A stretch of DNA of 64,000 bases from a virus. The stretch lies in the UHGV virus genome UHGV-0200554; one strand, written 5' to 3'. Positions 17,509-26,140 of the stretch are shown in pieces. Under the pieces are notes generated by a model that saw only the letters and a program-made list of their open reading frames with translations, had not been told where the DNA came from and searched no databases. A program made the translations under genes and the position numbers. Numbering within the stretch: position 1 is the first letter of the stretch; every line of letters starts with the position of its first letter.

Positions 17509-17721
17509 TTAATCTAAAATGTCTACAATTTTGAAGTACTCTGGGCATTCGATTACATTCAGGCAGATGTAACGGCTATCACCATCGTCATCAATCGTAT
17601 AGAAAGCTAACTCACCGTCAACAGCTGGATGGTGGACGACGTAACCATCGTAGATTCCACCTTTAGTGAACCCCCAGTAATCACCGAGGCATTTCACTGC
17701 AAAGCAATCACCGTTTGTCAT
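17509..17721 (-). CDS. hypothetical protein (70 aa)
   Basis: ORF; start overlaps stop of upstream peptide gene. Confidence 0.5.
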   Translation of the reverse strand: MTNGDCFAVKCLGDYWGFTKGGIYDGYVVHHPAVDGELAFYTIDDDGDSRYICLNVIECPEYFKIVDILD

Positions 17722-17843
17722 TTCTTCAACTCCTCACGAATCCGGTCACAAACCACTTTCAGCAGATACGACACCCCAGCAAGTATCCCGCCAAGTACAA
17801 GGGATACACCGAAGATCATCAATAGGACATAGATATCTACCAT
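17718..17843 (-). CDS. small hydrophobic membrane peptide (41 aa)
   Basis: ATG..TGA ORF with single TM (VLLMIFGVSLVLGGILAGVSYLL); not in ORF track. Confidence 0.4.
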   Translation of the reverse strand: MVDIYVLLMIFGVSLVLGGILAGVSYLLKVVCDRIREELKK

Positions 17844-17867
17844 GGAAACGTCCACAAGCCACCCCCC

Positions 17868-18125
17868 CTATCGAATACCTTTCAGGATATCTTCAAGTTT
17901 ATAGCCTTCGTCAATTGCATGGATAACTTCATCAGCTGTGTAGTAGTATTCTTTACACAAGCGGCAGGCTACAAACAGTTCACCACGAAGTTCCAGACGG
18001 CTGATATCAAACTCACTGAAACCCTGTTTACGAAGTTCTATCTTACACCATTCTACGGCAACCTTGCAAACAATAAACAGGATTAAGATTGCCAGAAGAA
18101 TGGCGGTCAAAGTACTGACTACCAC
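17868..18125 (-). CDS. membrane protein (85 aa)
   Basis: ORF with N-terminal TM (VVSTLTAILLAILILFIV). Confidence 0.5.
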   Translation of the reverse strand: MVVSTLTAILLAILILFIVCKVAVEWCKIELRKQGFSEFDISRLELRGELFVACRLCKEYYYTADEVIHAIDEGYKLEDILKGIR

Positions 18126-18134
18126 AGAGTCCCC

Positions 18135-18218
18135 TTAGATTAGAATGATAAGTGCGATGACTGCTGCCGCTGTAATAGTTATTGTTCCTAAAAACAACTT
18201 CAGCATTTCTTTGTTCAT
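18135..18218 (-). CDS. small hydrophobic membrane peptide (27 aa)
   Basis: RBS ggag; hydrophobic core; not in ORF track. Confidence 0.35.
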   Translation of the reverse strand: MNKEMLKLFLGTITITAAAVIALIILI

Positions 18219-18523
18219 GATATAATCTCCAAAATTTCATAACGGTTAGGTTTGAATATGAAGGCTTCTTCTTTTTGGTATTTGCTTTTTATCTTCTTGC
18301 CCCCTTTTTCTTTACGGCAGAAATAACAAATGATAACGTTATCTCTTACCATGTGGAACAGGATATCTTCTTCTGTCAACCCACAGGTAGAAAGGTCCTC
18401 GTAGGAGAGTGCTTTAGCTACAGATTCTTTGGTTGGGGTTTCACCAACAACTTCGTCACCTTCGTGAACCCCGTACTCTGCCAAAGCATCTCCCACACCA
18501 ATCAATCTAACTTTAACCAGCAT
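18215..18523 (-). CDS. hypothetical protein (102 aa)
   Basis: ORF in leftward block. Confidence 0.5.
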   Translation of the reverse strand: MLVKVRLIGVGDALAEYGVHEGDEVVGETPTKESVAKALSYEDLSTCGLTEEDILFHMVRDNVIICYFCRKEKGGKKIKSKYQKEEAFIFKPNRYEILEIIS

Positions 18524-18537
18524 GGGAGAGTCTCCTG

Positions 18538-18810
18538 CTATTCAACGATTTCGTAGCAATCACTGCAAACAATCATCGGGTCTGCTTCGAAGCCAGGGAT
18601 ATTTTCAAGAACGACCGCTTGGTTAAGAGTCAGCATAACCAGGAGAATACCAACATCTTCTTCTGCAACACCTAAGCTAAGCAGTTCTTCTTTATTCGGG
18701 TAGTGTGCATCAAGCACAGCACCTTCTTTGATCATACCAGACGCTTCAACCATTCCTTTCATGTCACTAGGCATCATGCAGTCTTCAACTTTAGTCAGGC
18801 GAATTTTCAT
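18538..18810 (-). CDS. small acidic protein, paralog family member (90 aa)
   Basis: N-term MKIRL, C-term CYEIVE; paralogous to 18810, 19279, 24896 ORFs. Confidence 0.55.
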   Translation of the reverse strand: MKIRLTKVEDCMMPSDMKGMVEASGMIKEGAVLDAHYPNKEELLSLGVAEEDVGILLVMLTLNQAVVLENIPGFEADPMIVCSDCYEIVE

Positions 18811-19103
18811 TATTCGTCCTCCTCTTCTTCAACAACATCCCAGAAATCACCAGGGATAGCCAGACCTTTATCTTCATCACCGTTTGGGAAAATGAAAACA
18901 ACCCCTTCGAGGATCATCATCAGAGTGACCTGCTGTAATGCATCTTCACCAGGATCAGGATCTCCGTGAGAAGTGATCTCTTTCAACACATCTGCCGGAC
19001 TTGGGACAAATGCATCATGAATTTCACCATCTTTGATACCGAAGATTTTTGCTGTTTCTTCGTCTACACCTTTAAGCACTACTTTAAAATCTGGTTGACG
19101 CAT
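18810..19103 (-). CDS. small acidic protein, paralog family member (97 aa)
   Basis: C-term FWDVVEEEEDE; shares core with 18538 and 19279 ORFs. Confidence 0.55.
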   Translation of the reverse strand: MRQPDFKVVLKGVDEETAKIFGIKDGEIHDAFVPSPADVLKEITSHGDPDPGEDALQQVTLMMILEGVVFIFPNGDEDKGLAIPGDFWDVVEEEEDE

Positions 19104-19170
19104 TGTGAGTACCTTTTGTAAAAGGGCACATCCGCTGTGCCGATGAGTTAGGGAGGTAACTGCAAGTTTA

Positions 19171-19275
19171 TCAGAGAAACTCTTTCAAAACTTTAGCTTG
19201 GGTGATCATAAAGACACCGTAAGCAAGAACTACAGGTGCTGTTACGACAGTTAAGAGATAAGCTACTGCCAACAT
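19171..19275 (-). CDS. small hydrophobic membrane peptide (34 aa)
   Basis: RBS gaggag; hydrophobic core; not in ORF track. Confidence 0.35.
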   Translation of the reverse strand: MLAVAYLLTVVTAPVVLAYGVFMITQAKVLKEFL

Positions 19276-19278
19276 GCT

Positions 19279-19551
19279 TTACTCCTCAACTACCTCGTAG
19301 TTTTCAGGTAAAACAATCAGGTTTTCACCACTACCCGGGGCATCAAAAGTAGCCATACCTTCCGGCAGGTGCAGTTCAACCAAAGTGAGCAGAGCTTCAC
19401 GTTCAGCTTCGCCCATACCTTCGAAAGTTTCGTCACCTAGGGCATCGCGAGCTACATCTTCCGGTGTAGGAATTTTAGCTTCTACGATCATACCTTCAGT
19501 CAGGCCGTGGATTGGATCAGCGATTTCAGTGTTCAGTAATTTAATTTTCAT
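19279..19551 (-). CDS. small acidic protein, paralog family member (90 aa)
   Basis: N-term MKIKL, C-term NYEVVEE. Confidence 0.55.
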   Translation of the reverse strand: MKIKLLNTEIADPIHGLTEGMIVEAKIPTPEDVARDALGDETFEGMGEAEREALLTLVELHLPEGMATFDAPGSGENLIVLPENYEVVEE

Positions 19552-19576
19552 TAGAAGGTCCTCTTTTTGGGTAGAA

Positions 19577-19654
19577 TTAATAGCCGTAGCCTAAGAAGTT
19601 AACAACAGCTATCAGGAAAATCATAACTAACAGACAAGCTATCTCTAAACGCAT
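19577..19654 (-). CDS. small hydrophobic peptide (25 aa)
   Basis: Short ORF with hydrophobic core; weak RBS. Confidence 0.25.
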   Translation of the reverse strand: MRLEIACLLVMIFLIAVVNFLGYGY

Positions 19655-19677
19655 TACATGTTCTCTTTAGTTGGTAG

Positions 19678-19791
19678 TTATTTCTCTTGTTTGTAGTGTT
19701 CACGGAGGAGCTGGATTACAAAGTCCAGCCCTCCGATGATACCACAGACAAGGAAAGTATAGATGAGAAACATTAAAATCATGTCGTACAT
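19678..19791 (-). CDS. small hydrophobic membrane peptide (37 aa)
   Basis: ATG ORF with TM (ILMFLIYTFLVCGIIGG). Confidence 0.3.
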   Translation of the reverse strand: MYDMILMFLIYTFLVCGIIGGLDFVIQLLREHYKQEK

Positions 19792-19917
19792 ACTACACCA
19801 CCTTGCTGCTAGTGTCAAGTGCTTATTTGGAAAATAGGTGAATTATTTTTTACCTTTCCCGCCTTTGCCTTTGCCACCTTTTTTGCCACATGCCATACAC
19901 AATCTCCAGTTAGTTAA

Positions 19918-20178
19918 TTAAAAGTGGCCTTGCGCTAGTTTAATGAGCGCATCTGCCATTTGACGAACCGCTTTGGCGTGTTCCAAAGGCGAAAGTCCGT
20001 CTTCAGGATCGAAGCGTAATGCTTCCATTACTGCTTTCAGTTCACCATCTTCCGCATGGATTTCACCACGTACCGGAAGTGCCCCAGGACACGATTGGTC
20101 CATACTTTCTTCAACGTAATCAACACCAGCGATAAGACCAAATGCACCGTTGTTGTCGATAACAAGTTCTTGTTTCAT
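19918..20178 (-). CDS. hypothetical protein (86 aa)
   Basis: Track ORF trimmed to ATG after agaggg RBS. Confidence 0.5.
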   Translation of the reverse strand: MKQELVIDNNGAFGLIAGVDYVEESMDQSCPGALPVRGEIHAEDGELKAVMEALRFDPEDGLSPLEHAKAVRQMADALIKLAQGHF

Positions 20179-20209
20179 CTTGGCACCCTCTTTGTTTCGA
20201 TGTGTGGTA

Positions 20210-20238
20210 ACTATAACAGATTCAAATCGTGTTGTCAA
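20210..20238 (-). promoter_or_regulatory. sigma70 promoter (leftward), extended -10
   Basis: Minus strand TTGACA, 17 bp spacer, TGTTATAGT. Confidence 0.5.
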
Positions 20239-20643
20239 CTACTTTTTAATCTCAATTTTGCCGTATGGAGGCATATCATCAAGATTACTGTTTTTAAGCA
20301 TTGTAGCACAATTTTTATCTGGTGTCCACTGTTTTTTATCATTGTCCCAATAATAAGGAGATCTGCTATCAGGATGTTTAATTATAAACACTTCAGGTGC
20401 TGTTGTCAAGTCAATTTTTTCAAAATCTACGTGGACTTTACCATTAAACCCGCCACGTTGATATCCACGGTCGAAATTTGATCTTGCAAATAAATATCCG
20501 GCTAACCAGCCAGCAGAGACACCATCCCCCGCGATGGCGTAGCCAATTACACGTTTTCTCTTCTGGTGGTCATCCTCAACATCCCAGGCATCTTCCACCA
20601 GAGTAGTTATTTTATACAGATTCACCTCTGTGGGCCTCCTCAT
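20239..20643 (-). CDS. hypothetical protein (134 aa)
   Basis: ORF in leftward block. Confidence 0.5.
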   Translation of the reverse strand: MRRPTEVNLYKITTLVEDAWDVEDDHQKRKRVIGYAIAGDGVSAGWLAGYLFARSNFDRGYQRGGFNGKVHVDFEKIDLTTAPEVFIIKHPDSRSPYYWDNDKKQWTPDKNCATMLKNSNLDDMPPYGKIEIKK

Positions 20644-20974
20644 AGTTCAGAATCATGGCATCTACAAACAACATCCGCATAACGTTGAGGTGTTTGTTCT
20701 TGCGGCTATAATACACGTATGCATCCCCGTTGTCAAACGGAAACTGTGTGTCACCATAAACTTTTTCCAGAGCATTTTCCAGCTCTTCCTGGAGCTGATA
20801 GTACGTCCCTGTATCAAGACCTTGATAAGAGGCATACTCAGCCAGGTTCCCACATAAACCGCGATGATCCTGGAACACAGGATCAGTGTCTTTAGCACCT
20901 CCCCATGCCCAGCTCCTGTACTCCATGTAAAACTGGTACATGAAGTCAGAAGGAATTACTGTCTCAATAACCAT
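20612..20974 (-). CDS. hypothetical protein (120 aa)
   Basis: ORF in leftward block. Confidence 0.5.
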   Translation of the reverse strand: MVIETVIPSDFMYQFYMEYRSWAWGGAKDTDPVFQDHRGLCGNLAEYASYQGLDTGTYYQLQEELENALEKVYGDTQFPFDNGDAYVYYSRKNKHLNVMRMLFVDAMILNYEEAHRGESV

Positions 20975-20983
20975 AACCCACCT

Positions 20984-21283
20984 CTACTCATCTACATATA
21001 TGAGCAGGATACGAGTATCCGGCACCCCAGTTACTTCCCAGTAGCCACCACCTGGATAAACTTTACCAAGCAGTACGCCGATATGGCGACGGATTTTCTC
21101 AACCATCTCTTCCATACGTTGTGCATCTTTGCGTCGGAACATGCGGAATGTGCCGTTTGACAAACGGTATTGGTATTCCATCATCTTATCGACTAATTCA
21201 GCTACACGGTTTACTACCGGATCGTCATCGAGGCCATCAAGTAAACGAACATGACGCATAACTCTCTCCTTACCAGCCTTCAT
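20984..21283 (-). CDS. hypothetical protein (99 aa)
   Basis: ORF in leftward block. Confidence 0.5.
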   Translation of the reverse strand: MKAGKERVMRHVRLLDGLDDDPVVNRVAELVDKMMEYQYRLSNGTFRMFRRKDAQRMEEMVEKIRRHIGVLLGKVYPGGGYWEVTGVPDTRILLIYVDE

Positions 21284-21331
21284 AGCGGATAATTGGTTGT
21301 GGGGGTTCAGGTGGACGTGGTTTATCGTCCT

Positions 21332-21595
21332 TTACAGCTTTTTTGGCGGTGCTGCCTTAGGCATATGAGCTTTAGTATGGATCTGGTCAGCAGTGTAATA
21401 CTGTGCACCCTGCTCTGTTAAAGCTCGGTCTTTCACATAGCAATCAGCAGCCCAAACGGCCTGTTCTTCACTATGCCATTTACGCTGACCATTTAGCCAA
21501 ATATCATGCCACATTGGGATAAAGCCAAGGTGAACTTTCTTCACCTGTGCCCTCCACCATACACCATCAAAGAAGATTTTAAATTCCACTTCCAT
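21332..21595 (-). CDS. hypothetical protein (87 aa)
   Basis: ORF; Trp-rich. Confidence 0.5.
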   Translation of the reverse strand: MEVEFKIFFDGVWWRAQVKKVHLGFIPMWHDIWLNGQRKWHSEEQAVWAADCYVKDRALTEQGAQYYTADQIHTKAHMPKAAPPKKL

Positions 21596-21867
21596 CAGTC
21601 ATCCTCCACCAGCTGTGCACCTGCCGGATAAATACCTGTTTCAACCCAAAGCTCACACTGAGCGTACCCTGGGATACGAGACAGCGAGCAAGGTTTAGAT
21701 GTAGTGTAGAAACGGCGTTCACCGTAACCGTTCTCCTGGAGGATCCAGAAACCTACGTCACCATCTCCAGGTATTTTCATGCCGTTCTCATCGAGCCACT
21801 CTATACTCCAGCGGCGATAAGCTACTGTGTGGAATTTACGTTTCTGCCACCAGTTAAAGAGCCACAT
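21595..21867 (-). CDS. hypothetical protein (90 aa)
   Basis: ORF; start-stop coupling. Confidence 0.5.
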   Translation of the reverse strand: MWLFNWWQKRKFHTVAYRRWSIEWLDENGMKIPGDGDVGFWILQENGYGERRFYTTSKPCSLSRIPGYAQCELWVETGIYPAGAQLVEDD

Positions 21868-22048
21868 CTGTAACCTCCTCCAGCTTCACATAACGCCACG
21901 TACGGCTGTAGAGGGCACCAGCGTCATCAAGAGTATCACGGATGTACTCAGGAGTCGTGCCTTCTTTAAAAACGAGAACCCTGACCAGATGCCAGTCTTC
22001 GTCAATAGACATACGACCAGATATGATGAAAGTTGTTTCTGTAGGCAT
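21854..22048 (-). CDS. hypothetical protein (64 aa)
   Basis: ORF in leftward block. Confidence 0.45.
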   Translation of the reverse strand: MPTETTFIISGRMSIDEDWHLVRVLVFKEGTTPEYIRDTLDDAGALYSRTWRYVKLEEVTDVAL

Positions 22049-22245
22049 CAGAAGATCTCCTCTTCAAAAATACCTCTCTCAATAGCTTTTATCATAAGCT
22101 CTTTAGTGAAAGCAGAACCTTTCCCCTTACTTATATTTTCAGACCTACACACCATTACAATGTTTGGAGTGTCTGAGTGCACGATGTAATACAAACCATT
22201 CTGTTTGTTGAAGTAATAAGTGTCGTATTTAAATTTGTTAGCCAT
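22048..22245 (-). CDS. hypothetical protein (65 aa)
   Basis: ORF; start-stop coupling. Confidence 0.45.
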   Translation of the reverse strand: MANKFKYDTYYFNKQNGLYYIVHSDTPNIVMVCRSENISKGKGSAFTKELMIKAIERGIFEEEIF

Positions 22246-22553
22246 TAGCGTCTACCTCTACCTTTTCTTTTTACTGCTTTCTTAGGTTTCTCAGCTTCAT
22301 CGTCTGCATTAAACATCTGCATGAGATGTGCCTGAGAATTCTTACCAAGGCCGGGTTTCTTCAAAGGATTATCATGTTCTTCAATGTCAATCTCTACTGA
22401 CTCAACCTCTCCGACCTTGTATGGCAATTCTAACAGAAGTTTACCATCCTTGTCAAATGTTTTTATAATAATTGTTTTCCCTTTTTCTTCTACCTCATAA
22501 CGGACACCCGCCGTATAGAAAAGTGTACCGTCATTATGATGGATCCACAGCAT
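22245..22553 (-). CDS. hypothetical protein (102 aa)
   Basis: ORF; basic C-terminal tail. Confidence 0.5.
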   Translation of the reverse strand: MLWIHHNDGTLFYTAGVRYEVEEKGKTIIIKTFDKDGKLLLELPYKVGEVESVEIDIEEHDNPLKKPGLGKNSQAHLMQMFNADDEAEKPKKAVKRKGRGRR

Positions 22554-22737
22554 CGCCTTCCTCCTTCAACATCTGGTGGTAGATATCCATAATGGCATCG
22601 TATGCAACATCAAAACCTTGCTGACGCAGCATATCTTCCAGAGGAGACTCCATTGTTGGGTTGTAGTGACGAGCTACGATATCCCGATCCAGTTCGTCAA
22701 AAATGCGTTGGAATACCTCAAATTGCTCTTTTGTCAT
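22534..22737 (-). CDS. hypothetical protein (67 aa)
   Basis: ORF in leftward block. Confidence 0.45.
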   Translation of the reverse strand: MTKEQFEVFQRIFDELDRDIVARHYNPTMESPLEDMLRQQGFDVAYDAIMDIYHQMLKEEGDAVDPS

Positions 22738-23123
22738 ATACGAACCCCATCTGCTGGCCCAGAGTATCGCTCAGGTTCCGTTACCGGATCACTGGCTGCT
22801 GGAGCTTCCATTCGCATCTGAGCCTGATCTCCATCCATATAAAGCCAGAACTCTATCTCTTCACCAGAAGAAAGGATAGCATAACCGTGGAAGAAATCTT
22901 TGTTCTTAGTCAACTTTTCGTCAATTGTTGCTTCGACACAAACTTCTTCATAGCCACTTTTTTGTAGCGTGTACGTTGCAACCTGGCAAGCATAAGCCTC
23001 TTGATCTCTGTAATCTTCACCCAGTGAATGAATGATGAAACCCAAGCCTAATCCGCAAAACAGGATAATGCCTAAAGCAAGCATACACTTGGCGAAAGCA
23101 ACACTGAACAGAAAATTTTTCAT
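22734..23123 (-). CDS. exported or membrane-anchored protein (129 aa)
   Basis: N-terminal signal or anchor (AFAKCMLALGIILFCGLGLGFII). Confidence 0.5.
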   Translation of the reverse strand: MKNFLFSVAFAKCMLALGIILFCGLGLGFIIHSLGEDYRDQEAYACQVATYTLQKSGYEEVCVEATIDEKLTKNKDFFHGYAILSSGEEIEFWLYMDGDQAQMRMEAPAASDPVTEPERYSGPADGVRI

Positions 23124-23221
23124 ACAATGAACCTCATAGCTTCAACAAACAGAAGACCTAATGCTGCACCGAACGCAAACCAGCACACCCCATCAATTAA
23201 CTCCTTAATGAACTTTTTCAT
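23120..23221 (-). CDS. small hydrophobic membrane peptide (33 aa)
   Basis: RBS agagaggg; ATGA overlap with downstream gene; not in ORF track. Confidence 0.4.
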   Translation of the reverse strand: MKKFIKELIDGVCWFAFGAALGLLFVEAMRFIV

Positions 23222-23253
23222 GTTGCCCTCTCTTACACATCCTTGTGTAACAT

Positions 23254-23709
23254 TTATTCAAAAAGTAGCTCTACGTGGTGTAAAATAAGCATTAATTGCA
23301 TTAACACAATGACAAGAACTACCCAGTTGGCTTTATTATTAACAATTTTACGAATCTTTTCAGAACGTGATTCAGGTAGAGATCTCAGGATACGCTCTAC
23401 TGAACGATTCATATCACGGATAGCCATTTTAAAACTGTCCGATCCTTCATCTTGCTCCGTAACCACGTCGAAAGCACAGTCTTTAGCGTTACCTCCAGAA
23501 CCACGAGTCACAATGAGTCGATACATTGACACAGAATAATGTGTATTCGACTCAGCGTCATAGATGCTGAGAACTTCTTTGGTATGGTCAATTGCTGATG
23601 AAAGTTTAATCGCACCAGCTGTCGTCTCAATTTTACCAGCCTCAAGGAGCATTAACCAATGCTTTTTATCCAGATTCTCAAGACTAGATCTGACGTACTT
23701 CACAAACAT
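23254..23709 (-). CDS. hypothetical protein with C-terminal TM (151 aa)
   Basis: ORF; C-terminal hydrophobic segment. Confidence 0.5.
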   Translation of the reverse strand: MFVKYVRSSLENLDKKHWLMLLEAGKIETTAGAIKLSSAIDHTKEVLSIYDAESNTHYSVSMYRLIVTRGSGGNAKDCAFDVVTEQDEGSDSFKMAIRDMNRSVERILRSLPESRSEKIRKIVNNKANWVVLVIVLMQLMLILHHVELLFE

Positions 23710-23922
23710 TTAATCCTCCTTGCCGAAAGTTAAAAAGAAGTTAAAATCATCAATCCAGTCCCAATTAGAGCGGATCATAGGCCACGATTTATCACCATGC
23801 TCAACATTGTGGGCGCGATAGTCCATCTCCCACACATCAATTAGCTGGTGCATATACTCTTTAGCCTGCTCAAGAGACATGTTGTCAGGATCAATTTTTG
23901 TAATGTCAATCATCTTCATCAT
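23710..23922 (-). CDS. hypothetical protein (70 aa)
   Basis: ORF in leftward block. Confidence 0.45.
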   Translation of the reverse strand: MMKMIDITKIDPDNMSLEQAKEYMHQLIDVWEMDYRAHNVEHGDKSWPMIRSNWDWIDDFNFFLTFGKED

Positions 23923-24019
23923 CCTCTTTTAGTTTGTGATAAAGGATAATTGCACCCGCTAAGATAACAAAAAACAGGCACACCCCAGTCAACATCTCAA
24001 CCAACATTGCTTGGCCCAT
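23906..24019 (-). CDS. small hydrophobic membrane peptide (37 aa)
   Basis: RBS gaagagg; TM core; not in ORF track. Confidence 0.35.
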   Translation of the reverse strand: MGQAMLVEMLTGVCLFFVILAGAIILYHKLKEDDEDD

Positions 24020-24153
24020 GATCAACCTCTTCAATTAGCTCAACAACTTCATGTAGCAAGTTTTGCAACAAAATTTGATCAGCCAATGTTTTAGCATTGT
24101 TTCTGTGGTCTTTTATGATGTGGAGCACTTGCCACAACAATTGGGCATGAATA

Positions 24154-24372
24154 TCATCTTCCATCACCACCTCCTCTCAGCTTACGCATATTCTTAACCC
24201 AATCGATTACACCGATCAGCAAGCCCAGGAACAGGAAAGGCCACAATCCTGCCAACCCAAGGATATTATGAACATCATCACCATCAATCCGACGTTTAGT
24301 CTTCATACACAGGATTGCCAGAACAATCATCAACAATCCTGCTACACCGAAATATAGTTCAACAATGCCCAT
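24154..24372 (-). CDS. two-TM small membrane protein (72 aa), holin-like topology
   Basis: Two hydrophobic segments and charged C-terminus; function not established. Confidence 0.45.
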   Translation of the reverse strand: MGIVELYFGVAGLLMIVLAILCMKTKRRIDGDDVHNILGLAGLWPFLFLGLLIGVIDWVKNMRKLRGGGDGR

Positions 24373-24383
24373 TGTGTCAACTC

Positions 24384-24899
24384 CTATTTAAATTCTGCCA
24401 TACTGCGGATCATCCGATCACGAGCTTTTCTGTGATGAGTACGCATACATTCTTCAAACACTCCAGAGATAAATCTTGAAATGTAATCTCTTTCAGCTTT
24501 AGTTAGGAGTTCTTCCTCTTCTATTTCGACAGTTTTGTAAGCATATAGACCACATTCGTTGTAGCCTTCATAATAATTCACAGCAATTTTAACAGGAAGA
24601 TCATGACCTTCAAGGGTGAACGGTGTTAACCGACGCTCTGGGTGGCCTGTTTCCTCACCTTCAACAAAATAAAGCGTATTATCATCGAACGCTTTGTCCA
24701 TGCAAGCCACAAAAGCAGCTACTGCCTCAGAAACACCAGCGATAAAGTAAGCATATTTAGCTTTAGCCATCATGATTTGATGACGTTTTACATCTGCTTC
24801 AGTGTGCTTTCCTGAAGCATAGTAATAATATGTGTGGATCTTATCCGGCGATACGTAAAAGTCTTCCCAAGTGTACAGTAGCTTGCTCATAGTGGTCAC
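24384..24899 (-). CDS. hypothetical protein (171 aa)
   Basis: ORF in leftward block. Confidence 0.5.
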   Translation of the reverse strand: MTTMSKLLYTWEDFYVSPDKIHTYYYYASGKHTEADVKRHQIMMAKAKYAYFIAGVSEAVAAFVACMDKAFDDNTLYFVEGEETGHPERRLTPFTLEGHDLPVKIAVNYYEGYNECGLYAYKTVEIEEEELLTKAERDYISRFISGVFEECMRTHHRKARDRMIRSMAEFK

Positions 24900-25129
24900 T
24901 CCTCAACTATTTCGAACCCTAAACCGCCATGCTCTGGGAGCGGCAGAAGGGACATGTAGTAGGTATATCCGGGGGATATTCTTCCCTCTTTTGCACCTGC
25001 CTCTAATAAATCAACACCACGAATTATAACAATTGTCGGATCGGTTGTCAAGCGTTTACAGGGAACAATTTTGCCAACACAATCACAGAGGGATGGGTAA
25101 CCGTGGTCGGTAAGGAATTTGACTTTCAT
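24896..25129 (-). CDS. small protein, paralog family member (77 aa)
   Basis: N-term MKVKF, C-term GFEIVEE. Confidence 0.5.
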   Translation of the reverse strand: MKVKFLTDHGYPSLCDCVGKIVPCKRLTTDPTIVIIRGVDLLEAGAKEGRISPGYTYYMSLLPLPEHGGLGFEIVEE

Positions 25130-25170
25130 TTAAACCTCCTGAAAGGCCATCCCTGGCAGGCTAAAGAAAC

Positions 25171-25581
25171 TTACTGAACTGTTTTTGGAGCTACCATTGA
25201 CAATTCTTCAATAGCGAAGAGTTCGTTACCCACAATGATATCTTCTTTTTCGCAGTTTTCAGGGTCTTCCGCGTAAATCAGAGCTACTTCATCAAATTTA
25301 CAACCGATGCGATTGCCCTTATTGTCTTCCATCTGCATACGAGGATGTTCAGTCATGCAGATGTATCCGTCTGTACCGACAGTACCTTCCATAGGTTCCT
25401 GACCTGCTACTAGGATCAGGATTGTTGCACCTTTAGGTACAAAACCCATCACCTGAACAGTGTCACCAACAATACTTTCACCGAAATGAGTTTTCTCAAA
25501 CATTGTGTCTTTCACCACTGTGGCGAATTCACCGTTCACTTCTTTCTTGCCGCTCTCACCTGTTACGATTTCGATTTTCAT
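25171..25581 (-). CDS. hypothetical protein (136 aa), N-terminus resembles the small acidic paralog family
   Basis: N-term MKIEIV like paralog family; acidic. Confidence 0.5.
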   Translation of the reverse strand: MKIEIVTGESGKKEVNGEFATVVKDTMFEKTHFGESIVGDTVQVMGFVPKGATILILVAGQEPMEGTVGTDGYICMTEHPRMQMEDNKGNRIGCKFDEVALIYAEDPENCEKEDIIVGNELFAIEELSMVAPKTVQ

Positions 25582-25593
25582 CGTGGACTCCTG

Positions 25594-25854
25594 TTATTTC
25601 CAAGTGTTCATGTATTTTATTAAATCTAACATATCCCTGCCATGATCCAGATCATAAATTTCATCAGCCGGAATCATGCCAGTCAGTCTTTTGAAGTGCT
25701 CATCCTTACGCAGCATCTCACGGCACCACCAACCGCTACCTTCAGGTTTTTCACCTTGTGTGATGAATAGCTCTGTATAGTGTTTGTTTTTGCGGAACCA
25801 GATGTTGAATTTAACGTAAGCCATAAGCACCTCCGATGTTTTGAATAGTAACAC
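25594..25854 (-). CDS. hypothetical protein (86 aa)
   Basis: ORF in leftward block. Confidence 0.45.
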   Translation of the reverse strand: MLLFKTSEVLMAYVKFNIWFRKNKHYTELFITQGEKPEGSGWWCREMLRKDEHFKRLTGMIPADEIYDLDHGRDMLDLIKYMNTWK

Positions 25855-25861
25855 ACATCTA

Positions 25862-26140
25862 TTACCATGTCAACATCAAAAACACAAATACAGCATCTTT
25901 TTCTGGATTCATCCCGATCACATCCACAGATATACCACCAGATCTTAGGTCAGCTATCATGTGAGGAATGTAATCTGACAGATGCTCAGGTATTTTCAGC
26001 GTGAATGAGCAGCCAAAGAAGCCTGCAACTGCCTTTTCTTTGGCTGTAGCCACAACTGCATCATAAAGCTCGTTCATCTCTTTAGGAAGCGTTACAGGAG
26101 CTTTCATGGCCAGGTTGTGTAGCGTATCTCTTGCGTTCAT
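25862..26140 (-). CDS. hypothetical protein (about 92 aa)
   Basis: Track ORF trimmed to second ATG with start-stop overlap. Confidence 0.4.
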   Translation of the reverse strand: MNARDTLHNLAMKAPVTLPKEMNELYDAVVATAKEKAVAGFFGCSFTLKIPEHLSDYIPHMIADLRSGGISVDVIGMNPEKDAVFVFLMLTW

